A stretch of 64,000 nt of DNA, from positions 233,293-297,292 of the forward strand of contig OZ241963.1 in assembly GCA_965204115.1 (NCBI GenBank). Reading direction: 5' to 3'. A program made the position numbers and the translations under genes. Below, piece after piece: positions 48,637 through 57,531 of the stretch (its first letter is position 1; the number at the start of each line of letters is the position of its first letter). This DNA comes from Minisyncoccota bacterium. GTDB lineage: Bacteria; Patescibacteriota; Minisyncoccia; Phycocordibacterales; JABAAK01. The notes below the pieces were generated by a model that made no database searches, was not told the origin of the DNA, and was given only the letters and a program-made list of their open reading frames with translations.

Positions 48637-48876
48637 ATGGCAGATAGTATTATAATGACAAAACATGATAACGAAGGGGCGCCGTCTTTGTATCGTCGCT
48701 TCGTGAAGCATTTTCGGTCGTCGGGTATTCAAACAGCGGCGAAGCAGAAACGATTTCATGGGCGTAAGCTGTCAAAGAATATTCGGCGGAAAGATTGTTT
48801 GAATCGTTTGACCAAGCGGGTGGCGTATGAAAAGGCGTTTCGTGAGGGGAAGATACCGACATCACATACTAATTAA
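48637..48876 (+). CDS. rpsU: 30S ribosomal protein S21
   Basis: NE...LYRRFVK...SGI...KRF basic pattern. Confidence 0.7.
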   Translation: MADSIIMTKHDNEGAPSLYRRFVKHFRSSGIQTAAKQKRFHGRKLSKNIRRKDCLNRLTKRVAYEKAFREGKIPTSHTN

Positions 48877-48887
48877 CTACCGCACCG

Positions 48888-49271
48888 ATGGTACACACAC
48901 TCCATATTTTTAATGAAACCAGTGTCCGAATGCCGCGGAAGGCAATGACCGTTGTGTACACTGACCTGCTTAAAAAAACCTGCTCCCTCAATGTTATCGG
49001 CATCGGTAATGTGCGGGCACAAAAACTAAACAAAACCTATCGAGGGAAGGATGTGCCGGCGAATGTGCTTACCTTTCCCCCGAATGATGATGGTGTTGCC
49101 GAGCTCTATGTCAATACTGCAATAGCCGCAAATATGGCAAAAGAACACCACACCTCGCTGAAGCAGGAGATACTCTTCTTCTATGTCCACGGCATACTGC
49201 ATTTACTCGGTTATCGGCATGGTGCGCAAATGGAGATGTTGGAGGATCGGTATATTACAATGTATACATAA
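48888..49271 (+). CDS. ybeY: rRNA maturation RNase YbeY
   Basis: LNKTYRGKD, NVLTFP, HGILHLLGYRH. Confidence 0.92.
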   Translation: MVHTLHIFNETSVRMPRKAMTVVYTDLLKKTCSLNVIGIGNVRAQKLNKTYRGKDVPANVLTFPPNDDGVAELYVNTAIAANMAKEHHTSLKQEILFFYVHGILHLLGYRHGAQMEMLEDRYITMYT

Positions 49272-49284
49272 CTGAAAACATTGT

Positions 49285-50487
49285 ATGAAGCAACGAGAAA
49301 GAAACATCGTTTCGATGGATGTGGGGAATGTGCATATAAAAGTGCTGGTTGGTTCGTATAATGAGCCGGTGCGCATGGCGAAGCCATTTTTTGAACTGCA
49401 GGGCGCGATGGTGCCTGCACGGGGTATATCAAAGCAGGGGGTTATTACCCATAAAAAAAATCTCACGCATACGATGCACCGAGCACTGGATGCACTGACC
49501 TCGTTTTCGGGATATGATATTGACGAAATTCTGCTGTCCTATACCCACCCGAATCTCTCCTTTTTTAAAAAAACAATCGGTTTGACGGACATCAGTAACA
49601 AAAACGGTATTTACATCACCGAGCAGTGGTTGGATGCGCAGAAAGAAAAAATACAAGAACGCATACACCACAATCATCGGCACCGACGGTGTGCTTATTT
49701 CGCTATTGTTTCTCTTGTTGCAGACGGTGAAGAAATTCTCTACGATCCGTATGAATTTACTGCGACAAAATCACTGCACCTGACCTATGTATACCTTTTA
49801 GTGCCGGCGGCATTTTTGGGTGCACTTTTGGAGAGTGCCGAGCATATAGCGGCAGTTCGTGCGGCGCAGCCGGCAGCCGTGGTCAATGGCGCGCTCCTGT
49901 CAGACCGACAGAAAGAGCAGGGTATTGTGGTGTGTGATATCGGCACCGAATTTACCAATGTGACGGTGTATAAGGATGGGGTACTGGCGGGTATCTGTGT
50001 CCTACCATTCGGCGGCAATACTATCACTAATGCGATAGCGCTTTTAAAAAATGTCTCGCCGGAGGAGGCGGAGCAGTACAAGATGGGGCTCGCTATTGAC
50101 GACTCGCCGCTGAAAAAAAAGGATATTCAAAGTATTAACAAAAAAATTGTTCTTGCGCTTAAAAAACATCTCCTTCCTTATCTTAAAGAGATAGACCTGA
50201 AAAAAGATTTTCCCGCAGGCATCATGCTGCTCGGGAAAGGGTCGCTCTACCCCGATTTGTACACGCTGGTGGAAAAGGCGGTTGACCTGCATTCATTCCA
50301 TGCGAAAACACCCTACCATATCCAAAGTCAGCAGCATACCCATCAAACAGCGTGGCATACCGCATATGCAACGCTGTGCAGCGCCCTCGCCCGTCAGGAT
50401 TATGGGAGCATAGATGACTATGAAAAATCCTCTTTTTGGCGGCGATTGGTCAGCTTTTTATACGCAATAACAAAGATATTGCGGTGA
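49285..50487 (+). CDS. ftsA: cell division protein FtsA (divergent)
   Basis: MDVG, CDIG, PFGGNTIT...EAEQYK; directly upstream of ftsZ. Confidence 0.8.
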   Translation: MKQRERNIVSMDVGNVHIKVLVGSYNEPVRMAKPFFELQGAMVPARGISKQGVITHKKNLTHTMHRALDALTSFSGYDIDEILLSYTHPNLSFFKKTIGLTDISNKNGIYITEQWLDAQKEKIQERIHHNHRHRRCAYFAIVSLVADGEEILYDPYEFTATKSLHLTYVYLLVPAAFLGALLESAEHIAAVRAAQPAAVVNGALLSDRQKEQGIVVCDIGTEFTNVTVYKDGVLAGICVLPFGGNTITNAIALLKNVSPEEAEQYKMGLAIDDSPLKKKDIQSINKKIVLALKKHLLPYLKEIDLKKDFPAGIMLLGKGSLYPDLYTLVEKAVDLHSFHAKTPYHIQSQQHTHQTAWHTAYATLCSALARQDYGSIDDYEKSSFWRRLVSFLYAITKILR

Positions 50488-50542
50488 TGCAAGGTGCGTG
50501 ATTTGATGTTTTTGTTGTGTCGGTGTATAGTATTAATACACT

Positions 50543-51790
50543 ATGAAGAAAGTCATCCCGCCGGAGAGTGAAACTTTTGCCAGAATCCGTGTCATCGGTA
50601 TCGGTGGTTCAGGGAAGAATGCGACCAATCACATGATCAAGGTTGGTATACCGGGTGTTGAGTTCATTGTCGCAAATACCGATTCGCAGGACCTGCAGCA
50701 GTCAAAGGCGGATCGGCAGGTGCACCTCGGCAAGCGCTCAACGCAGGGACTCGGCACCGGCATGAACCCAATGCTCGGCAGATCATCGGCGGAAGAGTCG
50801 CTTTCTGAAATCAGCGAGGTGATTAAGGGTGCGGATATGATTTTCATCGCCTGCGGCATGGGTGGCGGTACCGGCACCGGAGCGGCACCGGTTGTCGCGA
50901 AAGCAGCGCAGGATCTTGGCATCCTCACTGTTTCGGTGGTTACGAAACCATTCACCTTTGAGGGGGGTAAACGGAAACAGATTGCTCAAGAGGGGCTTCA
51001 GGAACTGGCACAGACCACCGACGCAATGGTGACCATACCGAATGACAATATCCTCGCTGCTGCAGCCGACGATACCACTATGGCAGATGCGTTTATGCTG
51101 AGTGATGAGATTCTGTCTCAGGCGGTGAGCGGTATCGCTCAGCTGATTACAAAGCCGGGAGATATTAATATAGATTTTGCTGATGTGCGGGCAATTCTTG
51201 AGAATTCAGGCGCGTCATTGCTTGGTCTCGGATCAGGGCGGGGCGCGAACAAAGCGGAGATAGCGGTTACTCGGGTTGTCTCTTCACCGCTCCTGGAGGT
51301 GTCTATCAATGGTGCGCAGCGGGTCCTTTTCTCTATTGCATCCCGCACCCGATCGGAGGTAACCATGCGTGAAGTGCAGACCATTGCCGAGCAGATATCA
51401 GAAGCGGTTGACCCGAATGCAAAGATTATTTTCGGCACTTCTACGGATAAGGACATGAAGCAGGGAGAGTTGCGTATCACCTTGATAGCAACCGATTTCA
51501 AAGAGTCGGAACCGGAACCGGAGCAGCAAGCACCCACCACTGCTGAAGCAAGCACAGAGCAGGTTGCGACGACACCGGCACCTGAATCACCAAGAAAAAT
51601 TGTGCCGATACAAACGCCGGCAGCGGATATGGGTCATGAACGCCTGAGTGACTATGCTCCGGCGAGTGCCTCGGACACCTTAGACACTAACACTTCAGAT
51701 GATGGTATACTGCTTGATGACGAGTATGTGATGGATAATGAGCAAGATACTAAAAAAACAGGATGGAGAAAACTTTGGGACAAGCATTAG
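50543..51790 (+). CDS. ftsZ: cell division protein FtsZ
   Basis: GIGGSG, GMGGGTGTG, PFTFEG, NIDFADV. Confidence 0.97.
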   Translation: MKKVIPPESETFARIRVIGIGGSGKNATNHMIKVGIPGVEFIVANTDSQDLQQSKADRQVHLGKRSTQGLGTGMNPMLGRSSAEESLSEISEVIKGADMIFIACGMGGGTGTGAAPVVAKAAQDLGILTVSVVTKPFTFEGGKRKQIAQEGLQELAQTTDAMVTIPNDNILAAAADDTTMADAFMLSDEILSQAVSGIAQLITKPGDINIDFADVRAILENSGASLLGLGSGRGANKAEIAVTRVVSSPLLEVSINGAQRVLFSIASRTRSEVTMREVQTIAEQISEAVDPNAKIIFGTSTDKDMKQGELRITLIATDFKESEPEPEQQAPTTAEASTEQVATTPAPESPRKIVPIQTPAADMGHERLSDYAPASASDTLDTNTSDDGILLDDEYVMDNEQDTKKTGWRKLWDKH

Positions 51791-52701
51791 AAGTCGTAAT
51801 TATTGGCGGTGGTCCTGCGGGTACCGCAGCGGGTGTGTATGCCGCGCGAAAACAGCTGAAAACCGCGCTGGTTGCTGAGTCGTTTGGCGGGCAGAGCGTC
51901 GTCTCCGCTGATGTCAAAAACTGGATCGGCACCCCGAGTATCAGCGGCACTGACCTCGCTGAGTCATTTAAAAACCACCTGCAAGAATATGCCAGTGATC
52001 AATTTTCTATTATTGAAACACGGGTGGAAGCGATAGCAGAGAAAGGCGACATATTTACGGTCACGCTGGCAAACAGTACTACCCTCTCAACGAAAACTGT
52101 TTTTCTCGCTACCGGCTCCACCAGACGAAAACTTGCTGTGCCGGGCGCTGACACCTTTGAGCATAAAGGGCTCACCTATTGCGCCTCCTGTGATGGTCCG
52201 CTTTTCGCAGGTAAGGATGTCGTCGTTATTGGTGGCGGTAATGCCGGCTTTGAAACTGCCGCACAGCTCCTTGCCTATGCAAAAAGTGTCACCCTTCTCC
52301 ACCGCAGTGCTGAGTATACCAAAGCTGACGCGATCACGGTTGAAAAAGTACTCTCTCATCCGAACATGACCGGCATCACGAACGCGCAGACCACTACTGT
52401 CTTTGGCGAAAAATTGGTGCAGGGGCTCACCTATGAAAAAGACGGTAAGGAGCACACCCTCGCTGTTGAAGGCATCTTTGTTGAAATTGGTCTCATCCCG
52501 TCAACAGATATCATCAAAGACCTCGTCTCATTAGACCCGGTCGGCAGGGTTTCCGTTGACCAAAAAACCCAGCAATCATCACACGCCCGCATCTGGGCAG
52601 CCGGCGATTGCACTGATGGACTCTTCCACCAAAACAACATCGCTGCCGGCGATGCCGTTAAAGCCATAGAACACATGTACCTCACGCTTCATACGCAATA
52701 A
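51763..52701 (+). CDS. trxB: thioredoxin-disulfide reductase (TrxB/AhpF C-terminal type)
   Basis: GGGPAG, CASCDG redox motif, GGGNAG, AAGD. Confidence 0.85.
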   Translation: MEKTLGQALEVVIIGGGPAGTAAGVYAARKQLKTALVAESFGGQSVVSADVKNWIGTPSISGTDLAESFKNHLQEYASDQFSIIETRVEAIAEKGDIFTVTLANSTTLSTKTVFLATGSTRRKLAVPGADTFEHKGLTYCASCDGPLFAGKDVVVIGGGNAGFETAAQLLAYAKSVTLLHRSAEYTKADAITVEKVLSHPNMTGITNAQTTTVFGEKLVQGLTYEKDGKEHTLAVEGIFVEIGLIPSTDIIKDLVSLDPVGRVSVDQKTQQSSHARIWAAGDCTDGLFHQNNIAAGDAVKAIEHMYLTLHTQ

Positions 52702-52723
52702 CACTCAATCCTATGCACAAACA

Positions 52724-54355
52724 CTATTTTTCAAGACGGTATAGGACACGGGCGAGGGTGATGAGTGAGTAGTCGTATTGTTCGTTGCAGTATTCAAAGA
52801 GTGGTTTGAGGTATTCGTCGGTGTGCTGCTCGATTGCCGCGCATACATCGTTATATATCACATCCCAGTTTTTTGGGAGGAGGTGTGCGATATCGGCACG
52901 GCTGAGTTTGCCGTTCTCTGCCAATGTTTCTATATGGCCGCGTACTGTCCCCTCTTGGATGTCGCGCTCGGCGGCAATTTCTTCTAAGACCTTCCCTTCC
53001 TGCAACAGTTCCAGAGTGATGGTGTAGGTGTCTTTCCTTGGTGAGCTGATAGGTCGCATGACGGTTGCTGCCCTATCTTTTTGTATCGCTTCGGGCACTA
53101 CCCCGGCAAATGCCGCCTGTGCTTGTTCGCCCGCTTGTTTAAATATTTTGTCCTGCTCCTGTATGACTGGCGAGACCGCAAGTGATCTTGAGTTTATACC
53201 GCCGACCAGTCGCAACCCCGCTAAACTTCGCACCCGGGAAAGCGCGACATACCCCTGCCCTTCCACGAATACGCGGGAGAGGTTTATTTCCGCCGCGTCC
53301 AGCGACGCTCCCTGACTCTTATGTATGGTGATAGACCAAGCGAGCCGCAATGGTACCTGTCGGAGGGCGGCTATCCGCTCGCCGCCATCGTGCATTTCCC
53401 ACAGCATCTGCCCGGCGATGATTTTCCTGCCGTCAAAGGTCTCCACCATCGGTAATCCTTCTTGGTCAAACCCCGTCACCGTACCCAGCGTTCCGTTGAC
53501 AAATGCCTGCTGAGGATCATTCTTGGTAAACATCACCACCGCTCCTTCTTTTATCGCCAGCACTTCCGGTGATATGCACCCTTTCACCATCGCTTCAACC
53601 GCCGCTTTCGGTCCTTCTTTTTCCATAGTGAACACCCGCTGCTCACCCGGTAGCGCATCAAGCCGAGCTGTGTTGTCCTGATCCACTTCACGGTTGTGCG
53701 AGTGGAGGATTGTTGGTTCTTGCCCGCTGTTTGTAATACTGTCCTGCACTTGTAGGAGTGTGTAATGCTCTTCTGTTAGTGCGCCATTTCGGATTGCGCG
53801 CAGGAGATCAAGAAATGCATCATCTTCCTGCCGGTACTGCTCGGTGAGATAGCTCACCTGCAGATCCGCCCGATCCCATACCTCTGACTGAAACGCATAC
53901 GGCACATTGTTGTCGCGGGATATTGGCGGCAGCTGAAAAAAATCGCCGACCAACACCACCTGCATACCACCGAACGGGCGAGTGTCTAACCGCACAGCAC
54001 GAAACAGCGCATCCAACGAATCAAGTATTTGCCCGTTCAGCATGGATATTTCATCAATAATCAGCACATCGGTGTCGCTGATCCGCCGAGCGCTTTTCCC
54101 CCGCTGAATAATCTGTGCAATATCTTCCTGCCCCAACACATCTCGCACACCAATCCCGCTCCATGAGTGTATTGTTCTGCCGCCTAAGTGACTCGCCGCG
54201 ATGCCGGTGGAGGCAGTAACCGCGACCTCCTTCCCTTTTTCCTGCAGCCATGCGATGTAGTCGCCGATGGTGTGTGTTTTTCCTGCCCCGGGTTCACCGG
54301 TCAAAAAAACATTGCTGCCTGACTGTAATACTGCCATCGCACATTGTTGGTCCAT
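52724..54355 (-). CDS. PIF1-family helicase with C-terminal HTH
   Basis: GEPGAGKT, ASTGIAA, DEISM, GDFFQLPP, TIHKSQG, YVALSR. Confidence 0.92.
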   Translation of the reverse strand: MDQQCAMAVLQSGSNVFLTGEPGAGKTHTIGDYIAWLQEKGKEVAVTASTGIAASHLGGRTIHSWSGIGVRDVLGQEDIAQIIQRGKSARRISDTDVLIIDEISMLNGQILDSLDALFRAVRLDTRPFGGMQVVLVGDFFQLPPISRDNNVPYAFQSEVWDRADLQVSYLTEQYRQEDDAFLDLLRAIRNGALTEEHYTLLQVQDSITNSGQEPTILHSHNREVDQDNTARLDALPGEQRVFTMEKEGPKAAVEAMVKGCISPEVLAIKEGAVVMFTKNDPQQAFVNGTLGTVTGFDQEGLPMVETFDGRKIIAGQMLWEMHDGGERIAALRQVPLRLAWSITIHKSQGASLDAAEINLSRVFVEGQGYVALSRVRSLAGLRLVGGINSRSLAVSPVIQEQDKIFKQAGEQAQAAFAGVVPEAIQKDRAATVMRPISSPRKDTYTITLELLQEGKVLEEIAAERDIQEGTVRGHIETLAENGKLSRADIAHLLPKNWDVIYNDVCAAIEQHTDEYLKPLFEYCNEQYDYSLITLARVLYRLEK

Positions 54356-54400
54356 AGCACTTATAGTATACAGACGCAGTTAAAAACCAGCAAGCGCTGT

Positions 54401-55750
54401 TTAGTAGCTCTCCAGCTTTTTTAGTTCGGTGTGTGTCCGGAGTTTCTCAAGAGCGCGGGACTCAATTTGCCGTACCCGTTCTCGGGTGACACCGAGTGCC
54501 ACGCCGATTTGCTCTAGGGTGTGCTGTATCCCGTCCTGCAAACCATGCCGCATTTCTATCACTTGCCGCTCCCGCTGGGAGAGGTCCTTAAGAATACCCT
54601 GCACCTGATCTTTCAGGATGTCTTTCGCGACCATTTTTTCTTGCGTTTCCTGGTCGTGATCCTCAACGGTATCGGAGATACGGGTGTTCCCCTCCTCATC
54701 ACTGCCGCCCAATGGTCGCTCTAATTGTACAATGTCTTGCGATATCCTTCGTATCATATATACCTTTTCCGGATCAATACCGAGCTCGGTTGCCACCTCC
54801 TGCACCGTCGGTGTGCGTCCTAAGTCTTTTTCCAGTTGCACCATTGCTTTCTGGTAACGCTGGGTTGTCTCGGACATATGCACCGGTATGCGGATGGTTC
54901 GTGATTTATCCGCCAGACCCCGAACGATTGACTGCTTAATCCACCAGGTCGCATAGGTTGAAAATTTGAAACCGCGCTGCGGCTCAAACTTATCTACTGC
55001 CTTATACAAACCCTCTGATCCTTCCTGCACCAAATCAAGCAAGCTGAGATCGCGGCTTCTGCCGGCGTAGTTTTTCGCGATAGAAACGACCAACCGCAAA
55101 TTAGCAGTCGCCAGTTTATTACGCGCCTCAAGCCCCTCTTCTAATATCTTCTTTTCTTTTGCCGGAGTCAGCCGCTTTCTGTTCCTCTTCTCTACTATAT
55201 CCCGCCTTGCCATTATCTTTTTTCCGAGCTCCTGCTCCTCTTTCGCGTTTAACAGCGGATACTTTCCGATATCCCGCAAGTACATCTGTATGGAGTCATA
55301 TGAAGAGGAATCAAATTCAGGGAATCTCGGATCCGATTCTAAGCTCACCTCTTGTAATAATCCTTCATTCTCCACCAAATCGACACAGCTTGTTTTTAGC
55401 ACGCCTTCAATGCAGCCCCATATATCGCCGGTGTTATCACACTCCTCTAGCCCGATATACTCTAATACCTCTTCTGAGGTCACATACCCCTTGCTCTTAC
55501 ACTTGCTGATCATGCTCTTGATTTTTTTCCGGTACTTGTTCGGAATTGATTCATACAACTTCTTCTCGTGCTGCGCACTGTCAATTAAATCCTCAAGTGT
55601 TTCCACCGGCTTGGTATGCTGCTTTTTTACCGCTTTTTTTACTTTCTTTGCCGTGCGCTTCTTTTTCACACCCACCGAACGCTTCTTTTTTACTGTTCGT
55701 GTTTTCTTCTTCGCAGCCGGCTTTCTTTTTTTACTCGCTTTTTTTTTCAT
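54401..55750 (-). CDS. rpoD: RNA polymerase primary sigma factor
   Basis: DSIQMYL, ANLRLVVSIAK, KFSTYATWWI, RTIRIPVHM, VTRERVRQIE. Confidence 0.95.
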   Translation of the reverse strand: MKKKASKKRKPAAKKKTRTVKKKRSVGVKKKRTAKKVKKAVKKQHTKPVETLEDLIDSAQHEKKLYESIPNKYRKKIKSMISKCKSKGYVTSEEVLEYIGLEECDNTGDIWGCIEGVLKTSCVDLVENEGLLQEVSLESDPRFPEFDSSSYDSIQMYLRDIGKYPLLNAKEEQELGKKIMARRDIVEKRNRKRLTPAKEKKILEEGLEARNKLATANLRLVVSIAKNYAGRSRDLSLLDLVQEGSEGLYKAVDKFEPQRGFKFSTYATWWIKQSIVRGLADKSRTIRIPVHMSETTQRYQKAMVQLEKDLGRTPTVQEVATELGIDPEKVYMIRRISQDIVQLERPLGGSDEEGNTRISDTVEDHDQETQEKMVAKDILKDQVQGILKDLSQRERQVIEMRHGLQDGIQHTLEQIGVALGVTRERVRQIESRALEKLRTHTELKKLESY

Positions 55751-55966
55751 TATCTTCTCTTAAAAGTCCGTTACAAATATGTAGATTTATTGTATCATAT
55801 TCACTCCTACCACGCAGACATCATTTCTGGAAAACTTCTGGAAAACCCCTCCCGCCCACATTATCAAAAAACTCCTACCTCACTTGACATCTATACATTT
55901 TATAGCATGCTACGAGCAACTCAAACTTGGTTTTTATACGGTCACTAAAAATTATTTTCATTATGT

Positions 55967-55996
55967 AAAAAAGAAAATCCCCTCGGCTGACCGAGG
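55967..55996 (-). terminator. intrinsic terminator ending the repeat-array transcript
   Basis: Minus strand CCTCGG-TCAG-CCGAGG-GGATTTTCTTTTTT. Confidence 0.65.
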
Positions 55997-56136
55997 TTGT
56001 TCGTAATAAATTATTAGAACTCTCTTTGTCTAACCGAGGGGTTGTGAGAACACCCTCTGATGTTACTTTCTCTTTTGAGAAAGATAGAGAGTGCATAAAG
56101 AATATTGCTGCTGCCCCTGAGCAGTTAATTCTTCAA

Positions 56137-56520
56137 GTGGCTTTCGGCCACCACAAAACAGCGTAAGCTGTCTGACAACACGAGGCTGTCGTATAGAGTA
56201 ACTACAATGAGTTACTACAAACGGGGTAAACTGTTCGGCAACACGAGGTCGCCGGTAGTATCGTGGCTTTCGACCACGAGCAGTATAGAGCCGCTTAACA
56301 GCACCGAGGTGTTTTTGATCATTATGGTTTTGAATCACAATGACAGGGTAAGTTATTTCAGCAACGCAAGGTTTCTTCTCTCATGGCTTTCACCACGAAG
56401 TGCTTACCGTCCATTGAGATAACACGAGGTTATCTGAATGTCGTGGCTTTTTAGAACCACGAACAGCTAACTGTCTGACAGCAGATGACTGCCGTCTTAT
56501 CATTGCGGCTTTCGGCCACA
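56137..56520 (-). repeat. tandem array of six to seven ~60-nt structured units
   Basis: Recurring GTGGCTTTCGRCCAC-type (56137, 56261, 56319, 56381, 56441, 56504) and CAACACGAGG-type (56174, 56237, 56297, 56360, 56417, 56477) hairpins. Confidence 0.85.
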
Positions 56521-57098
56521 CGGTAACAGAATAAATCTTGTTACCCAGTAACAGTAGTGTGTTGTACACTTCAAATTTTTTGAAGTGCTGTTGTTGTTGT
56601 GTTACATCATAAAACTAATTATAATGTTAATGTGAAAGAACAGTTTGCAAGAGAAAGAAAATTTTTCTTGCAAAGGATCAATTGCAGGGTAAGCAGGCTC
56701 CACCCATCCGGCGTTACGCCGACGTTATGGTGGATGCGTGCGCTTATTGTGTTGTACCCGTTTATCGCAATCAAGTACTTAATTATATATAAGTGCTTGT
56801 GCAGCATGGTTGCTTTTTGCAATCTCTTGCTGCGAATAATTGTGATTTTTTCCAGGCAACTTTTACATTCCCTGTCTGATAAATATATTAAACCATATAT
56901 CACCTGCCTGACAACTCTATGTGGAAAACGGTGCCTACCGCCGAAAGCAACTCAAAAATACCGTGTAATTATGGATGATTTTTACCTCTATCTCCGCATG
57001 GTCATTACCCTTCACTTATACCCTGTTGCAGGTCGCCGGAGGATGCCATGATTCGGGTCCTCATTATATGTATAAAAATATGCAATACTACACACACC

Positions 57099-57171
57099 GC
57101 CATCTTAGCTCAGTCGGTAGAGCACTCCCATGGTAAGGGAGAGGTCGCCGGTTCAAATCCGGCAGATGGCT
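57099..57171 (+). tRNA. tRNA-Thr(GGT)
   Basis: GCCATCT/AGATGGC acceptor, CTCCC-ATGGTAA-GGGAG. Confidence 0.95.
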
Positions 57172-57221
57172 CAACGCTGTCGGCAGCTTGTGGTATACTG
57201 AATGCACTTACAGAAAGTAGT

Positions 57222-57455
57222 ATGAGTATTCAATTTGTTATACAGGCAGTTCAGGTTACCAGTGCGATCTTGCTGATCATTGCTGTGCTTTTGCAGCGAG
57301 GGGAGGCGAATGTTGGGAGTGCGTTTGGTGGTGGTGATATTTCTGAGACCGGCAATGCAAAGCGACGAGGGTCGGAGAGAGTTGTGTTCATAGCAACATT
57401 TGTTATTGCGATAATCTTTGTTGCCAGTATCATCTTCCCATTCATTGTCGGTTAG
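57222..57455 (+). CDS. secG: preprotein translocase subunit SecG
   Basis: VLLQ...GSAFGG...RRGSER with two TMs. Confidence 0.9.
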   Translation: MSIQFVIQAVQVTSAILLIIAVLLQRGEANVGSAFGGGDISETGNAKRRGSERVVFIATFVIAIIFVASIIFPFIVG

Positions 57456-57531
57456 CTGACGATGCATCATAATCCGTTTGTAGGTGCGGTATACTGCAAG
57501 AGCAGATGGATTTATTGACCCCTTATTGTTA

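Larger units (their letters stand above)
55967..56610 (-). ncRNA. putative ~640-nt multi-hairpin ncRNA upstream of rpoD
   Basis: Hairpin array, wobble bias to the minus strand, AT-rich promoter-like region near 56615-56650, 3' terminator. Confidence 0.6.

Noticed and set aside
56063-56338. 91-aa minus-strand ORF with GRKP/PRV repeats
   Set aside because: It covers only part of the array, has no clear initiation signal, and the variation preserves base pairing rather than codons; likely a by-product of the ~60-nt period.
56174-56435. Guanidine-II riboswitch (ACGA loops on the plus strand)
   Set aside because: The loop is ACGAG, it occurs once per unit, the wobble pattern favours the minus strand, and no transporter gene follows.
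56137-56520. CRISPR array
   Set aside because: Repeats are degenerate hairpins, the linkers are short or partly conserved rather than unique spacers, and no cas genes are in the window.
56600-57050. Replication origin or 150-aa ORF
   Set aside because: Only one DnaA-box-like 9-mer was seen (~56920) and dnaA is not nearby; the ORFs have atypical composition and no signals.
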